Below, piece by piece: positions 24,501 through 35,896 of a DNA stretch of 64,000 nt; position 1 is the stretch's first letter; every line of letters begins with the position of its first letter. Source of the stretch: Thalia democratica (Eukaryota); NCBI GenBank assembly GCA_965202585.1, contig OZ241826.1:27218001-27282000 (forward strand), read 5' to 3'. The notes beneath the pieces were generated by a model that was not told the DNA's origin, made no database searches, and was given only the letters and a program-made list of their open reading frames with translations. The position numbers and the translations under genes were made by a program.

Positions 24501-27500
24501 TCCAGGACGAGACAAATATAAACTATTTTAAGTGTTTCAATCTAATTATCAAATCAAAAAGAAAGGTGAATTTTAGCAAAAAAATACTTATAACACTCAA
24601 CCTAAAAATCTTTAAGCTTATCATTATTTTTCATTTATAAAAAAGTTGTGACCACTTTTCTAATTATTTCCATGCTTGGTATAAATATTGTTGACTTCGT
24701 TTTATCAATCTATTTTAGGTTAATATTTAAATTGTAATATTCTAAATATTCTCTACTAATTTTTTTGAGGTTTAGGCTTAGACTGTATTTAAGTTTTTTG
24801 TTCTTTGATAAGTTTTAAAGTACAGTGTGAATAAAAATATTTCAAGTAAACCCATAACTAACTTCACTTTCTTTTTTTTCTTTTCATTATATTCATTTTT
24901 ACTAATCAAGGTTTCAAAGTTTAAGTTGAAAAAATTTAACATTTGTTGCTAAGAAAAAATTGTAAAAGCATGTGATGTACGACTTGATAACTGAAAGACT
25001 TTTTATCACATTAACTCCTTATTAGACCAAACCTTTGTTCAATAAAAAAATAGACAGAAAAAATATGCATGGAAAGCATTTTCTGAACATTAACTGCTTA
25101 CTTGGTTAAGAAATCTAAGATAAACCATTATACTTTGATTTAATTACGTTGACTACATTTAAATAATTTAATTATTTATTTTAATAAAAAAAATGATTAA
25201 TTTTTTAAATTTAGACTTTTTATACAGATTGTACAGTAAATACATCATGTACTCAGACGAAGAATGTTTAGATCAGACAATCTCGCAGTTTCCTGGTCCT
25301 CAGAACTACTTGCGTCGCCTATGTGAAGAAGAAAAGCAAATAACGAAAAGTGTTATCGATAAAATGGTGGAACGATTTGAAGCAAAAAAAGAATGTTTGG
25401 TGAAAGAAGCTGTGAAATTGTTTAAATGCGAAAATTCGGCTTTCAAAAAATCTCTTTCTAAGGATTCCAAACACGAGCTTCAACTATTGGAAAGCGACGA
25501 TCCGGATTACGATCTGTTGAAAAGATCGCTAGATTTGAGCGGTGAAACGAACCAATTGAAAAAGTACTCGAACAAAAACGTCGCTCTTAGGATTTACAGG
25601 GTCAAATCAAATGTGGAACGTTGCAGATGTACAGGCTTGCTGCTTCTGCACGGCACCAAAGGAAGCAACATCGAAGGAATTTTGAGAGAAGGACTGAGGC
25701 CTTCTTCGTCAGGAAAACATGGCCCCGGTATTTATTTGACGAACAGCTTTGAAATTGCTCATTGTTATGGAAATCGCTTTGTGGAAAAAGATGGTAGCGC
25801 CAAAGACTTGACATACTTGTTTGTAAGCAAAGTGAAAAAGACGCTGGCAAGTTCAGGTTGTCTTTGTAAAGATGACCAGTCTGTTGAAACTCACGAACAA
25901 TTGCTTAATAAGAATACAACTTCAACTTTGTTTATAAAATCTTCATACCCGTGTCTTGACTCCAGTCTTATTTACGAGCCCGTTTTAAAGGTTTTCGATG
26001 GAAATTCATATTTCGAAAAACAAATTGAATTTGAAGACTCTCCAGCCTGCAAGTTCGACAGCGACGGAAACAAAATTCTCTCGGGAACGTTTCAAGTGGG
26101 TAATGACGAAAAAAGAATATTTGTAGCTCACCACGATCTAGTAACTCTCGAATACCTGATAGAGATCGAAATAAAGCAAAGCGCACGCGACCTTGCGAAA
26201 TACATTTTGTATGACTCTTCAATCTTAGATCCACCAAAAGACGCGTTGATTGAAGACAGTCCTGTTAACTCTGAAGACTGCTCCATGACCGCTTTTGTTG
26301 CCGAGTTCAAAAAAGAAATAAGCGCCAAGCTGCAGGCAGAAGTTGAACACGTGAAGCATCAGTTTGAACGAAAAGTGAACTCATTCATGCGGCAACTGTT
26401 GTTTGAAACGAGCAGCATCTCGGAAACTAACGATTACGCCAAGTACAAAGCGGAGCTGCTGCAAACTTCAGATCCAGATCATCAGTTTGTGCTCGGTAAT
26501 ATGACCAAACACAGCCGAAACGCGGCAATCTTGCGTATTTTCAGGATCAACCCAGTCGACGGAAGCAAAAAGACACGAGGAGGCTTGCTTTACCTGCGAG
26601 GAGTCAAGTCCTACCAGGTGCCGAAAGTTCTGGCAAAAGGCTACCCTGCGAGCCATGAAGATTTGTTGGGTCAGTGCGAGTGCGGAGTCAGTTACTGTTT
26701 CTGCCACGCGTCCACCATCTTGAACTGTGAACTAGGAGATGGATTAAGCCACTGCGTCACGAACGGAAAAGTTGAAAAGCTGTCGTTCGTCTTCGTGGCG
26801 AGCGACGGCAAAGTAGCGGACAATGAAGCTTTTCGCAACTCCGACACCAGAGGGTGCTGTTTTAAAACTGGACTGGTATTTAAGCATCAGCTGATCGGCA
26901 TGACTCCGGCTTATTTAGTTGTTTTTAGCGTTCAGTAGACTATAAATAAATTGTATTCCTTTGGTTGAAACAGTTGTCTGTATATACACTCAAAAATGAC
27001 AATTGTTTTAATTTTTCAAAAAGTGCTAAACACTTTTATACAGTTTTCTAAACAAATAGTCATTTAAAATGGTAACTAGCATGATATTTAATTAAAATCA
27101 CAATTTTGTTTCAAAAAGATGACAATTTATTTTACTTCGCAACAAACAAATTTTCGATAGTTTTTACAGGTTTATCATTACACCATCCAAACTAATTTAC
27201 TTATTTTACTTCTTACTAAATTTTGAGTGAAATAATTTCACTACTGTCTTTCTATAGTTGAGGCGATCAACAAAAACATCGGCCTCTAAAACATTGGTCG
27301 ACAGAGTCTCAGTCTGGATATTCGTATGACGTGAGACAGGCACAAGTTTTTCAAAAATAAATTTTTTATCTGACAAGTTGGCCAAGTCTCATTAGTCTTA
27401 TAAAATAACATCCGTGATGAGTTTTAACTTTGTCTGAAGGTTATAAAATTATCGAAAGAGCAACACACCTTTTTTAATTTAACTTTGCTAGTAAAATCTT

Positions 27501-27740
27501 GTATACAAACGTTCGTTGTCTTTAAATTGTTAATTCGTAAACGACTAGGATTTTTAAAAATAGATCAGGCTAATCTTTGATCAAGATTATATAGGTTATT
27601 TAAAGAGTTTAATAGTTTTGTTGTATATTTTTGTAGTTAAAAACACACATCAGTTTAAACCTTTCCCTTTTCAACAATAAACGTTTTCAGGGTCATTCCG
27701 AGCGAAATTGCGCTGAAAGTAATTTTGTCAGCTTCGAATA
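21590..27740. repeat. Segmental duplication block A (with ART copy 3), inverted partner of block B
   Basis: Continuous reverse-complement colinearity with ~55330-62155 across gene and both flanks, roughly 85-92% by eye. Confidence 0.9.
25247..26938 (+). CDS. Tandem PARP-like ADP-ribosyltransferase gene, copy 3 (subfamily B), intact, 563 aa
   Basis: Uninterrupted ORF. ATG 25247 is homologous to the starts of copies 1/2. Motifs LLLHGTKGSNIEGILREGLRP..SGKHGPGIYLTNS, YLFVSKV, LEYLI; second domain LYLRGVKS..VLAKGYP...MTPAYLVVFS. Confidence 0.9.
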   Translation: MYSDEECLDQTISQFPGPQNYLRRLCEEEKQITKSVIDKMVERFEAKKECLVKEAVKLFKCENSAFKKSLSKDSKHELQLLESDDPDYDLLKRSLDLSGETNQLKKYSNKNVALRIYRVKSNVERCRCTGLLLLHGTKGSNIEGILREGLRPSSSGKHGPGIYLTNSFEIAHCYGNRFVEKDGSAKDLTYLFVSKVKKTLASSGCLCKDDQSVETHEQLLNKNTTSTLFIKSSYPCLDSSLIYEPVLKVFDGNSYFEKQIEFEDSPACKFDSDGNKILSGTFQVGNDEKRIFVAHHDLVTLEYLIEIEIKQSARDLAKYILYDSSILDPPKDALIEDSPVNSEDCSMTAFVAEFKKEISAKLQAEVEHVKHQFERKVNSFMRQLLFETSSISETNDYAKYKAELLQTSDPDHQFVLGNMTKHSRNAAILRIFRINPVDGSKKTRGGLLYLRGVKSYQVPKVLAKGYPASHEDLLGQCECGVSYCFCHASTILNCELGDGLSHCVTNGKVEKLSFVFVASDGKVADNEAFRNSDTRGCCFKTGLVFKHQLIGMTPAYLVVFSVQ

Positions 27741-29978
27741 TTTTATTATATTGTTTGTTTTATTTTGAATTTTTTGGTAAGTCATAACCATGATGCAGGG
27801 TTAACAATGACATGTTGAAAACAATAGAAAAACAAACTGCGATCTAAAAAAATTTTTTAGTAGGTTGTATTACTTTGACCTCTACAATATGTTATAGTTT
27901 AAAGTACAAAAATTTTATCTGAGTTTTTATTTTATTTTATTCTAAACTCTGTATAAAGATACTTGGGTAGTTTGACATTTACTTCATCTTACTTTAAGTT
28001 AAACTAAAGTACTTGTTTGTTCTCATGACTGTAGTAAATATTATTAAAACAGTGCTACTTTTTTTACTAGTTGTTACTTATATTGCATGTTATTTTTTTT
28101 GTATTATTAAGATTTAGGTAATTGTTTTTAATCAAAACACATAACTATGTAAAGTTTCATTTATCCACGGTAATAATTCATCTAACTTTGATCGTGTGCA
28201 AAACTAAACTAAGTTTTGGTTTTATTAGGAAACTTTATTTTAAAATACTATTACCAAGTTAAGTGACGGTGGTATCTAACAAAAACATATACATATTAAT
28301 AGTTTATTGAACAAACGAACAAAAACGAAAAATTGCTCAAATATTTGTGGTTTCAAGACATGGGTACACAAAAAGTTCTCTCGGTAATCAAGTAGCATAC
28401 CAAACAAAAAATTATAGTGAGCACGAAAATTTAAAACATTAAATATTTTTCTAAACAAAAAACTTTTAAAAAATTAAAAAAAAATGTAATACTGTCTTAT
28501 ATTAAACACTTATAAACGATATTTTGTATTCTACGTTAGAAAGTATAGTTTTAACCACAAATGTTTTAATTTTGATATTTATCATTTATACTTTTTTAAG
28601 AAAACAAATAAAAGATTTCAACTACTGGAGGAGAAATAATGAATTTGTTCTTTCGATAGATTATTTTACAGGCTCTATTTTAGGCTTTGTCAGTGCTTAA
28701 ATGAATCTAAAAAGATATATAACAGTCATGGAAAATAGCATAAAAACAATTAAATTGAAACAGAAACAAATTTTTACTTAATATACTAAACAAATAATTT
28801 TTTAATAGTAAGTTTGAATTTAAGGTAAAATTTAATTTTATTCGTTCCTAAAATTTATTAAGCTCAATTACTAGAAAAAGTTTTCTTAAACAAGCTCTAA
28901 TCTGATTTGGTTAAAAAAATCAAAGTTTTTATTTTATTAAATCAGCAAACTTAGTTTTGTTTTCTAAACCAGGAATACCATTTATATAAACTTCATTAGT
29001 TGCTAATGAAAAAAAAATTTTAGAGCTCTCTATTTTAAATCTAAAGTCAAATCGAAAATTAGATAAAAACTTGAAAAGAATTCTTATTTTTTAATGCAGA
29101 GACGTTAGAAATGAACTTTAATAATAGTTTAAATTTTGTGAAAAGTACTTAAAAAAACTTTAAATAATGTGTAATAAAAATATTTGCAATATTAGTAAAA
29201 CATAAAGTATTGTTTTAATAATAGTTCTCTAATACTTGAACAATAATACTTCATTAATAAATTTTTATGCAGATTTTAGTCAATAATATAGGTATAATTC
29301 TCAGTTGCTAGGCCTTATCAACCACAATTAAAATCAAAAATATAGCTAGAGATATTACTTCAATATTATGCTTGATTACACAAACCCAAGTACATTCATT
29401 TTATTTAGGAAAACTGCATATTTGATCTTTAAAGTTTGAAATACAAATAAGCGCAGCAGATTCATTACAGACAAACATATGAAAATTATTTTTTAAATTG
29501 TTTATTTGTATAAAAATTTGAAAAAAATTGACTCTAAACCTATTTTATCCTGTTTTTTTTTTTGGTTTTTAATTAAACTTTAAGAAATGTTTGAATATAT
29601 ACAAGGCCATACAGAAAGGGGGTTATAATCTTTTTATAACAATACTAACCATTAGTTATTTATTTAGACTTGGTAAGCTTAAAATAGTTTAATAAAAGAA
29701 AGTGAGATAAATTTTGTTTTAAAATTTGAGGAATAATGATTTAAACAAATTTTCATTGAAAACTTAATTAAGATTTTTTTTTAAGTTACTAAAACTTATT
29801 TTTTGTTTGATTTCTAAGACAATTAACTTCAAACTTTGGGAATGTCCCATTCGGTGTATACAACTATTAGTTTGAGTTACCATGAATTATGCAAAATGAT
29901 ATGAGCACACAGTGTATTTTTTTTCACTGGATAAAATAATGTATAAGGCTCTAACATATACAATTTTTTATAAAAATA

Positions 29979-30220
29979 CAGTATACTCTTGCATATATAC
30001 GCACTTGTGACGTTACGCAGTCTCGTTTAGTTACGAATTTTAGAATTCTTAATAATTCAAACTATGAAAAATTTACTTTTCTTTAAGATTGCACAAATTA
30101 GGTTCATTGTACATTTTTAATGTAAAATATGTTTTTAGTAACTAACTTACCATTCTATATTATTATAGTTTGTAAACTTATGTTTCTTGACTAATTAATA
30201 AACATTTAGTTATACTTCAG
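29979..30220 (+). mobile_element. Tc1/mariner-pogo-like terminal fragment, second copy
   Basis: TA|CAGTATACTCTTGCAT..., homologous to 5237-5460. Confidence 0.5.
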
Positions 30221-30639
30221 TATTGTCAGAAATTTTGTTAGCAATAAGAAATTAAATTAAAAACCTGAAGAGATATGACTTTGTTAAATAATGAAGTATA
30301 ATGAAATATTGGGAGTTTGTAACACAAATAAATAAAACAGTACTCTTGCCCTATATATGAATAAGTATCTAAAAAGTAATTTAATGAAACTTATTATTTA
30401 ATGCAATTTAATTTTGTGAGTTTTTTAAGCTGTTTTCTTAATTTAAATACATCGCTGAAGTAAATTGTTTGTAAAAGTTTGTGACGTTATATATTTTTTT
30501 TAAATGAAACAAAGTTTTTTTTTTTAATTAGCTCAGGTAAATATATTACCGATCAACTTTATATAAATAATAAATTAAAGAAAGTAATGAAACTAACTGA
30601 AATGAAAAAGTTTTTAAAATAAGAGTATGACGTAATTTC

Positions 30640-32038
30640 AGGCTACTACTGTAGTTTTTTATTGGTTATGTTACCAACCAATTCCAACTTGTATGAAACC
30701 AAAAAACGTCTCTTCTATGAAAACTTTTGTGTATATATTGAAAACTGTATTACTAAAAATAAGCGAACCAATCATATAAGAAAAAAATAAGGAAAAAATA
30801 CATTTTACTTTTTATATGTGTCGATTATCGAGTTTTTATTTACAATTTTCAACAACATCAATAAAGTCATTATACCCATACACCACCTAAAAACGTTAAT
30901 CATTTAACAATACAACAAGAAAAATAGCTTTAAGGCAATTCTTTAATAGTTTGACAAACTAAAATGCTTCATAATATTTTAGTTTACCTTTCTCTATTGT
31001 GTAACCTTTTTAACTTTTGTATGTTTAGTCTGAGAAATTTTAGTAGTTAGGAAACTAGTAAGAAAAACTTATAAAGTGTTTTAACTATACATCAAAACTT
31101 AATTAAAAGTTCGCATGGCTTAGGAAAATACAACGTAAAAAAACTAAAAATAATATGAAATAACGCAATGGTTTCCATAAAAAGACTTTGAAAAAAAGGT
31201 TTGTATATTCAAGTTTGAAACCTGAAATCGTTAGACAAATTGAATTCGTTTTTCTTATAGTTAAATTTGCACTTATTATATGCAGATATTATTACATTAA
31301 ATGTCACTGTTTATTTTATATTCTTTAACTTAATTTGCGTTGTAATTAATTAATTGTGTTTAAACGTGTCCTAATGAAAAATTATCTAAGTAAACTTTTT
31401 CTTCAGTAATTTTAACCATACTTAAAAAATTTATGACCGTGGCCGAATAAACTTTGAATATTTATTTGTGTTATTAAGACGATTACCAAAACAGATATTA
31501 CCGCCAGAATAAACATGCACTATAAGTAATAACAGAGGATCACTGTTTAGGTACCATGTACAAACATAAAACATACATTAAATTAATAAATGCTTTAATT
31601 TTGTTTTGAAAAACAATGACAATAAAAGTTATAACTGCATAAAAATTAATCAATATAAGTAACAAAAAATTAGCAGTGTTTAAGTACTTTGTACAAGCAT
31701 AAAAAAATACATTAGCTTTAATCTTCAGTAACAAGTTGAATAAGCTAAATGACATAGTACTTTACAATGCTGACAATATTAGTCTTACGTGGAACGCAAT
31801 TTCGCTTAAAATGACCTTGAAACGTTTAATAATCTGTCGTAGACATGAAATTAAAATTTTCTAGTGTATGACGCGATAACGGAAAAGATATTTAATATAC
31901 CAGGTCTTTGGACCAATTTTTTAAGCGTTTTTTGTCGTTCAATAAACAATATTATTGTTAAAAAGGAAGAATTTGAGGTTGTTGGTTTTTAACTATTAAA
32001 ATGCATTACAAAATTACATATAATTAACAGTTTTAAGA
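30640..32038. repeat. Orphan copy of the ART 3' flank (no gene follows)
   Basis: Direct paralogue of 9280-11020, cut at CAGTTTTAAGA|TG by the LTR element. Confidence 0.85.
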
Positions 32039-32770
32039 TGTAACGACTTCGCGTTTAAATAAAAAAGGGCGCTAGAGAGTTTTTCTCAAATTAGGGACTT
32101 TTTTATCGCTTGTTTACTTCTCGAACTGCTTTAGCATGACGTTCAGTCAGTTGCAGCAGCCTTTCGTGAGAGTTCTTTTGTAATCGTGAGTATTGTTTTA
32201 TCTTTTGCATGTTATTTCTGTTTCTCTAATATAAGCTGTACATTTGAATTTGTTTAGTGTAAAATATTGTATTTGTTTACATAATTTTGAATAAACAAGT
32301 TGCTTTAAAGATTGCTAACATTTTATTAAACACAGTGGTAAACTTAGTTTCACATAAGATTTAATAACTTAAGTATAGTTGTTTAGACTAAATAAAGATC
32401 GCTAGTAGCTTCATTATCGCTTAACATACTTAACGTAATCATAAACTAACGTAACTTACTAAATTTGTTGTTGGCCATAGTTAGACACGTTCCTCTGGCT
32501 AGTTAATAAAACACAATAGATATATTAGCAACTCCCTCAGAATAGCACTATGAGTACAAGTAATCGCAGTAAATCTAAGGTTAGTGATAATGACGGCATG
32601 TTCTCCAAAGAGAACATGCAAGCCGCTTTTGGCGAGACCACAGAAATCAAGGCTCGTAAGAGCAAGAGGTTAGAAGAAACGGGCGTATCCAAACGTCCTA
32701 TTGACCCGAATTACTCTTCATCGCATAAACAGGCTACCATAGGCCAAGTAGCTGCACAGCGAGAAAGACA
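32039..32770 (+). repeat. 5' LTR (732 bp, TG...CA)
   Basis: Starts TGTAACG and ends GAAAGACA. Homology with 40215-40947 ends exactly here and TGGTGACCC follows. TATAAG at ~32228 and AATAAA at ~32290 are candidate promoter and poly(A) signals. Confidence 0.8.
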
Positions 32771-34130
32771 TGGTGACCCAACAAAAGAAACTTCCGACCG
32801 TGAGGTCGGAGGGAACAACGCATATTCGGAGTTAGATTTACAGAACATGACTGACGCTGAAGGAAACAATACGATGAACGTTGAATTACACCAAGCAGAC
32901 GGTAACAAAGAAAGAGAACAACTACAGGCAGCAATGGACATACCGGCAGACCATTTTGAACAACAAGAAGAATTTGATCTGACTCAAAATCCATCTTATG
33001 ACCTGAGTATCAAAGAATTAAACCGTTTAAACAGGGGATGGGAAGAGAGAGCACACAAGGCAAAGCTGATCAAGAATATCTTTAGAAATCAGGAAAAAAA
33101 CCGTGAACCGGAAAATTTTAACTCTTCCACAAAGGCAAACCGCGACATCGCAACCCAAGATAGACAGACTTCACGCCTGGCACCTACAAACCAGGGCCAT
33201 CAAGTCTTAAGGCCACACGACCCGTCGGTGAGCCGATTACCAAGTCACCCACCTCTAAACTATAGTAGACCTTCAGTTGAGCAGGGAGAGTCAAGTGTGA
33301 TAGAAAACTTCGAACAGCATGTCCGCAGTCCAATTTACAATTGTAAGTTCATCACTAGGATAATAGGGATAATGCAGACATTTATGGCCGTACGCCCAAC
33401 ACTGCAACAAGCCAATATCCCCATCTGAGAATAAACGATCTCGTCAGTCAAATAGGACTTATAAAGCGAAATACAGAACACCTTTCGATCAGGCTGCAGC
33501 GCTTTGAAAAGATCGCCTACGATTACGGGGTTCAGTCAGATCGAGATCTCTTCAAATGGCTTGAATTGATAGAATACTGGGGTGAGAGAGCTACTTATTA
33601 TAATAAACATGTAGAACAGGAGAGAAATTATAGAACACTGAAAATTCCTGATGAGTGTGCAACCACCAGTAAGCGACATACTTCTAGCAAGAGGAGCAAA
33701 GCCTTCCATGTCAAGTAGGGAACTCGGAGACGAAATCAGTCACTGGTTAGCGGAGTTCCATAAAGATGGGGTGTTGAAGATATTTGTCACAATACATTTA
33801 GCACCCACTTATTTGAAACATCATTTGAGGCGTAAACTTAACCTTAATGATGAGGAATTCCAGAACGCGTGGAGGGTAATGCTCGACGCAGATGAACAAA
33901 AGACGAAAGCGGGAGCCAGAAACATAAACTAAAATGTCTTGCGCTCAAATCGAAATAAACAAGACCGACCACAATGGCAGCAGGGAACCAATAACAATCA
34001 AAGAGTATTCTATAACCATCGGAAATATGGTAAACAGTGTTTCAATTGCTTAGACAAGAACTGCAACATGAAGAATCAAACTGTCTCCCAACCTCTAGCA
34101 AAAAACGAGCATCTAGACTCTCCACAGTGA
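32550..34130 (+). pseudogene. gag: gag-like polyprotein, disrupted (two compensating frameshifts at about 33350-33420 and 33650, in-frame stop 33930-33932)
   Basis: ORFs 32550, 33651 and 33939 share one frame; the intervening segment (HLRINDLVSQ...LQRFEKIAYDYG) is open in another. C-terminal YNHRKYGKQCFNCLDKNC resembles the C.YH.KFG..A..C...C knuckle of Gypsy gags. Confidence 0.75.
32771..32779 (+). promoter_or_regulatory. Primer-binding site, tRNA-Trp type
   Basis: TGGTGACCC matches the first 9 nt of the classical tRNA-Trp PBS (TGGTGACCCCGACGTGAT) and lies directly after the LTR CA. Confidence 0.7.
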
Positions 34131-34140
34131 GAGGGAGAGT
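34100..34140 (+). promoter_or_regulatory. -1 programmed ribosomal frameshift signal at the gag/pol junction
   Basis: A AAA AAC (34100-34106) is in gag phase and the -1 frame is the protease ORF. A 7-bp stem ACTCTCC (34117-34123)/GGAGAGT (34134-34140) follows. Confidence 0.75.
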
Positions 34141-35896
34141 AATTGGGGCCACACCATCTCACACAAAGACTGTCGGATATGTACATATGACCGCCCCTCG
34201 ACAGCAACCACCACCTCAACCTAAACCAACCAAGGATACCTCAGACGGTATTATAAGTCGTCTAGCAGTTGGAGCGTCCACACCTCCAAACAAACCAAAC
34301 GTGACCTTCCTTTTAAAGCAAACAACGTCACACAGTGCAGCGAATATATCTATTAAGAACCAGCGTTCTAGGCAACCAAGGCCAGAGTCAAAGACCAGCG
34401 CCACAGATCAAAGCCACGCCAACCAGCACCACAACGGGAAGTCCCAACAGTCCAGGCAACCGCAGCCAGAATCGACAGGGCCAGAGTCAACGGTCAGAGC
34501 CACCGCAGCCAGTACCTCCACGACCACCACCAACGATCAGAGCCATCATAGCCAATACCACGTCGGGCAATCCCAAAAGGCTGGAAAACCGCAGCCAGAG
34601 CCAGAACAGTTCAAGCCAACGGCTGACATAGGGGCTTACGAAGAGCCGTCTCCACCCGTGAGAATACTAGCATTACCTGCACCAGCAAATAAGGAAACAG
34701 AGATAGAGCCAATCATGAATGACATCACTCCCTTGAACAGAATGATAAATTGCAAGTCTCCTTATACTACCAGTCACAACGAAAAAATTTTTAAGGAAAG
34801 TGTGAACAAGTGGACCTTTCAACTAGCTAAATCACCCGCACCCAACCCTAAAAATTTGCCACAAAATCTGTTGTTTGTGGCAGATTCAAACACTATTGTC
34901 GTCTTCTTGGTCGACAGCGGGTCAGAATTGTCAATCTTACCAAAGGGATTGACTAACGGGATTAACAAATATTTCCCACCACAAAGCAGAATCATCCATG
35001 GGTTTGGTAACAAAACAACCCACCCCATTGGTAGCGTAAATGTCAAACTTCTTTTGGGAGATTTGGAACCCATCCAACACTCGTTCTTGGTTACTCAAGA
35101 ATCTCGCCATTTTGGCAATATTGGCATGGACTTGTTGATTAAAAGCCAACTAGCAATCCTGCCAGCTACTTCCCAATTAGGTAATCTAAGCTCGGGAAAA
35201 TCAGCCAATCAGTTCGCGCATAATAATCATTCACTAACACCAAGGCCAGAGTCAACAGTCAGCGCCACCGAAGCCAGTACCTATGCTACCAGCGCCAAGG
35301 TTCAGAGCCATCTCAGCCAGCACCAAAACGGACAGTCCCAACGGTCAGCACAACCGCAGCCAGCACCAGAACAATTAAAGCCAACGGCCGGTTCAGAGAT
35401 GCCTTCCGTAAAACCGGAAAACGCAAGAAAATTATCCTCGCCTACGACCGTAAGCACATCAGCGATGCCAAACAACGACAAAAATAAAATATATGTTAGG
35501 CCCGATCGCAAAATCTTTACAATAAATCACACTTCTTACTTGAAACGCAAAACGATTGCGAATAACAAAAAACCTTTAGAAATTAGCTTACAGCAGGTTT
35601 TTCAAACAAACCATAAATTAGTTTGGTTTATATTTCACAAATGGCGTTTTAAAAGCAAAGAATTGTTAAACAATGAAGCACGCATTTTTAAGAAAAACCA
35701 CGAATTAGTTTGGTTTATATTTCACAAATGGCGTTTTAAAACCATAAACCTTTATACAATATCGCACGCATTTTTCAAAGTAATCACGAATTATTTTGGA
35801 TCATTTTTCACCGATGGTGTTTTAAACATATCAAATCGAAATATGTTCGCGGGAAATCAGCACCTTCATTTCCCCCCAGCAACTAAGAGTTATTAA
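34100..35896 (+). CDS. pol: Truncated pol: retroviral-type aspartic protease flanked by Q/P/T/S-rich repeats; no RT, RNaseH or integrase
   Basis: VFLVDSGSELSILP and later GNIGMDLL protease motifs; no recognisable RT or integrase motif in the remaining ORF. Confidence 0.75.
   Translation, partial: KKRASRLSTVRGRVIGATPSHTKTVGYVHMTAPRQQPPPQPKPTKDTSDGIISRLAVGASTPPNKPNVTFLLKQTTSHSAANISIKNQRSRQPRPESKTSATDQSHANQHHNGKSQQSRQPQPESTGPESTVRATAASTSTTTTNDQSHHSQYHVGQSQKAGKPQPEPEQFKPTADIGAYEEPSPPVRILALPAPANKETEIEPIMNDITPLNRMINCKSPYTTSHNEKIFKESVNKWTFQLAKSPAPNPKNLPQNLLFVADSNTIVVFLVDSGSELSILPKGLTNGINKYFPPQSRIIHGFGNKTTHPIGSVNVKLLLGDLEPIQHSFLVTQESRHFGNIGMDLLIKSQLAILPATSQLGNLSSGKSANQFAHNNHSLTPRPESTVSATEASTYATSAKVQSHLSQHQNGQSQRSAQPQPAPEQLKPTAGSEMPSVKPENARKLSSPTTVSTSAMPNNDKNKIYVRPDRKIFTINHTSYLKRKTIANNKKPLEISLQQVFQTNHKLVWFIFHKWRFKSKELLNNEARIFKKNHELVWFIFHKWRFKTINLYTISHAFFKVITNYFGSFFTDGVLNISNRNMFAGNQHLHFPPATKSY

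Noticed and set aside
25193-25246. 18-aa N-terminal extension of ART copy 3 from the ORF track
   Set aside because: This ATG is absent in copies 1, 2 and 4 and lies upstream of the conserved acceptor-like AG; 25247 is the homologous start.
11604-27740. ART gene plus flanks as one large mobile element (Helitron/Maverick/Pack-type)
   Set aside because: No shared termini, TSDs or transposition genes around the copies; upstream flanks differ between subfamilies. Segmental duplication is sufficient.
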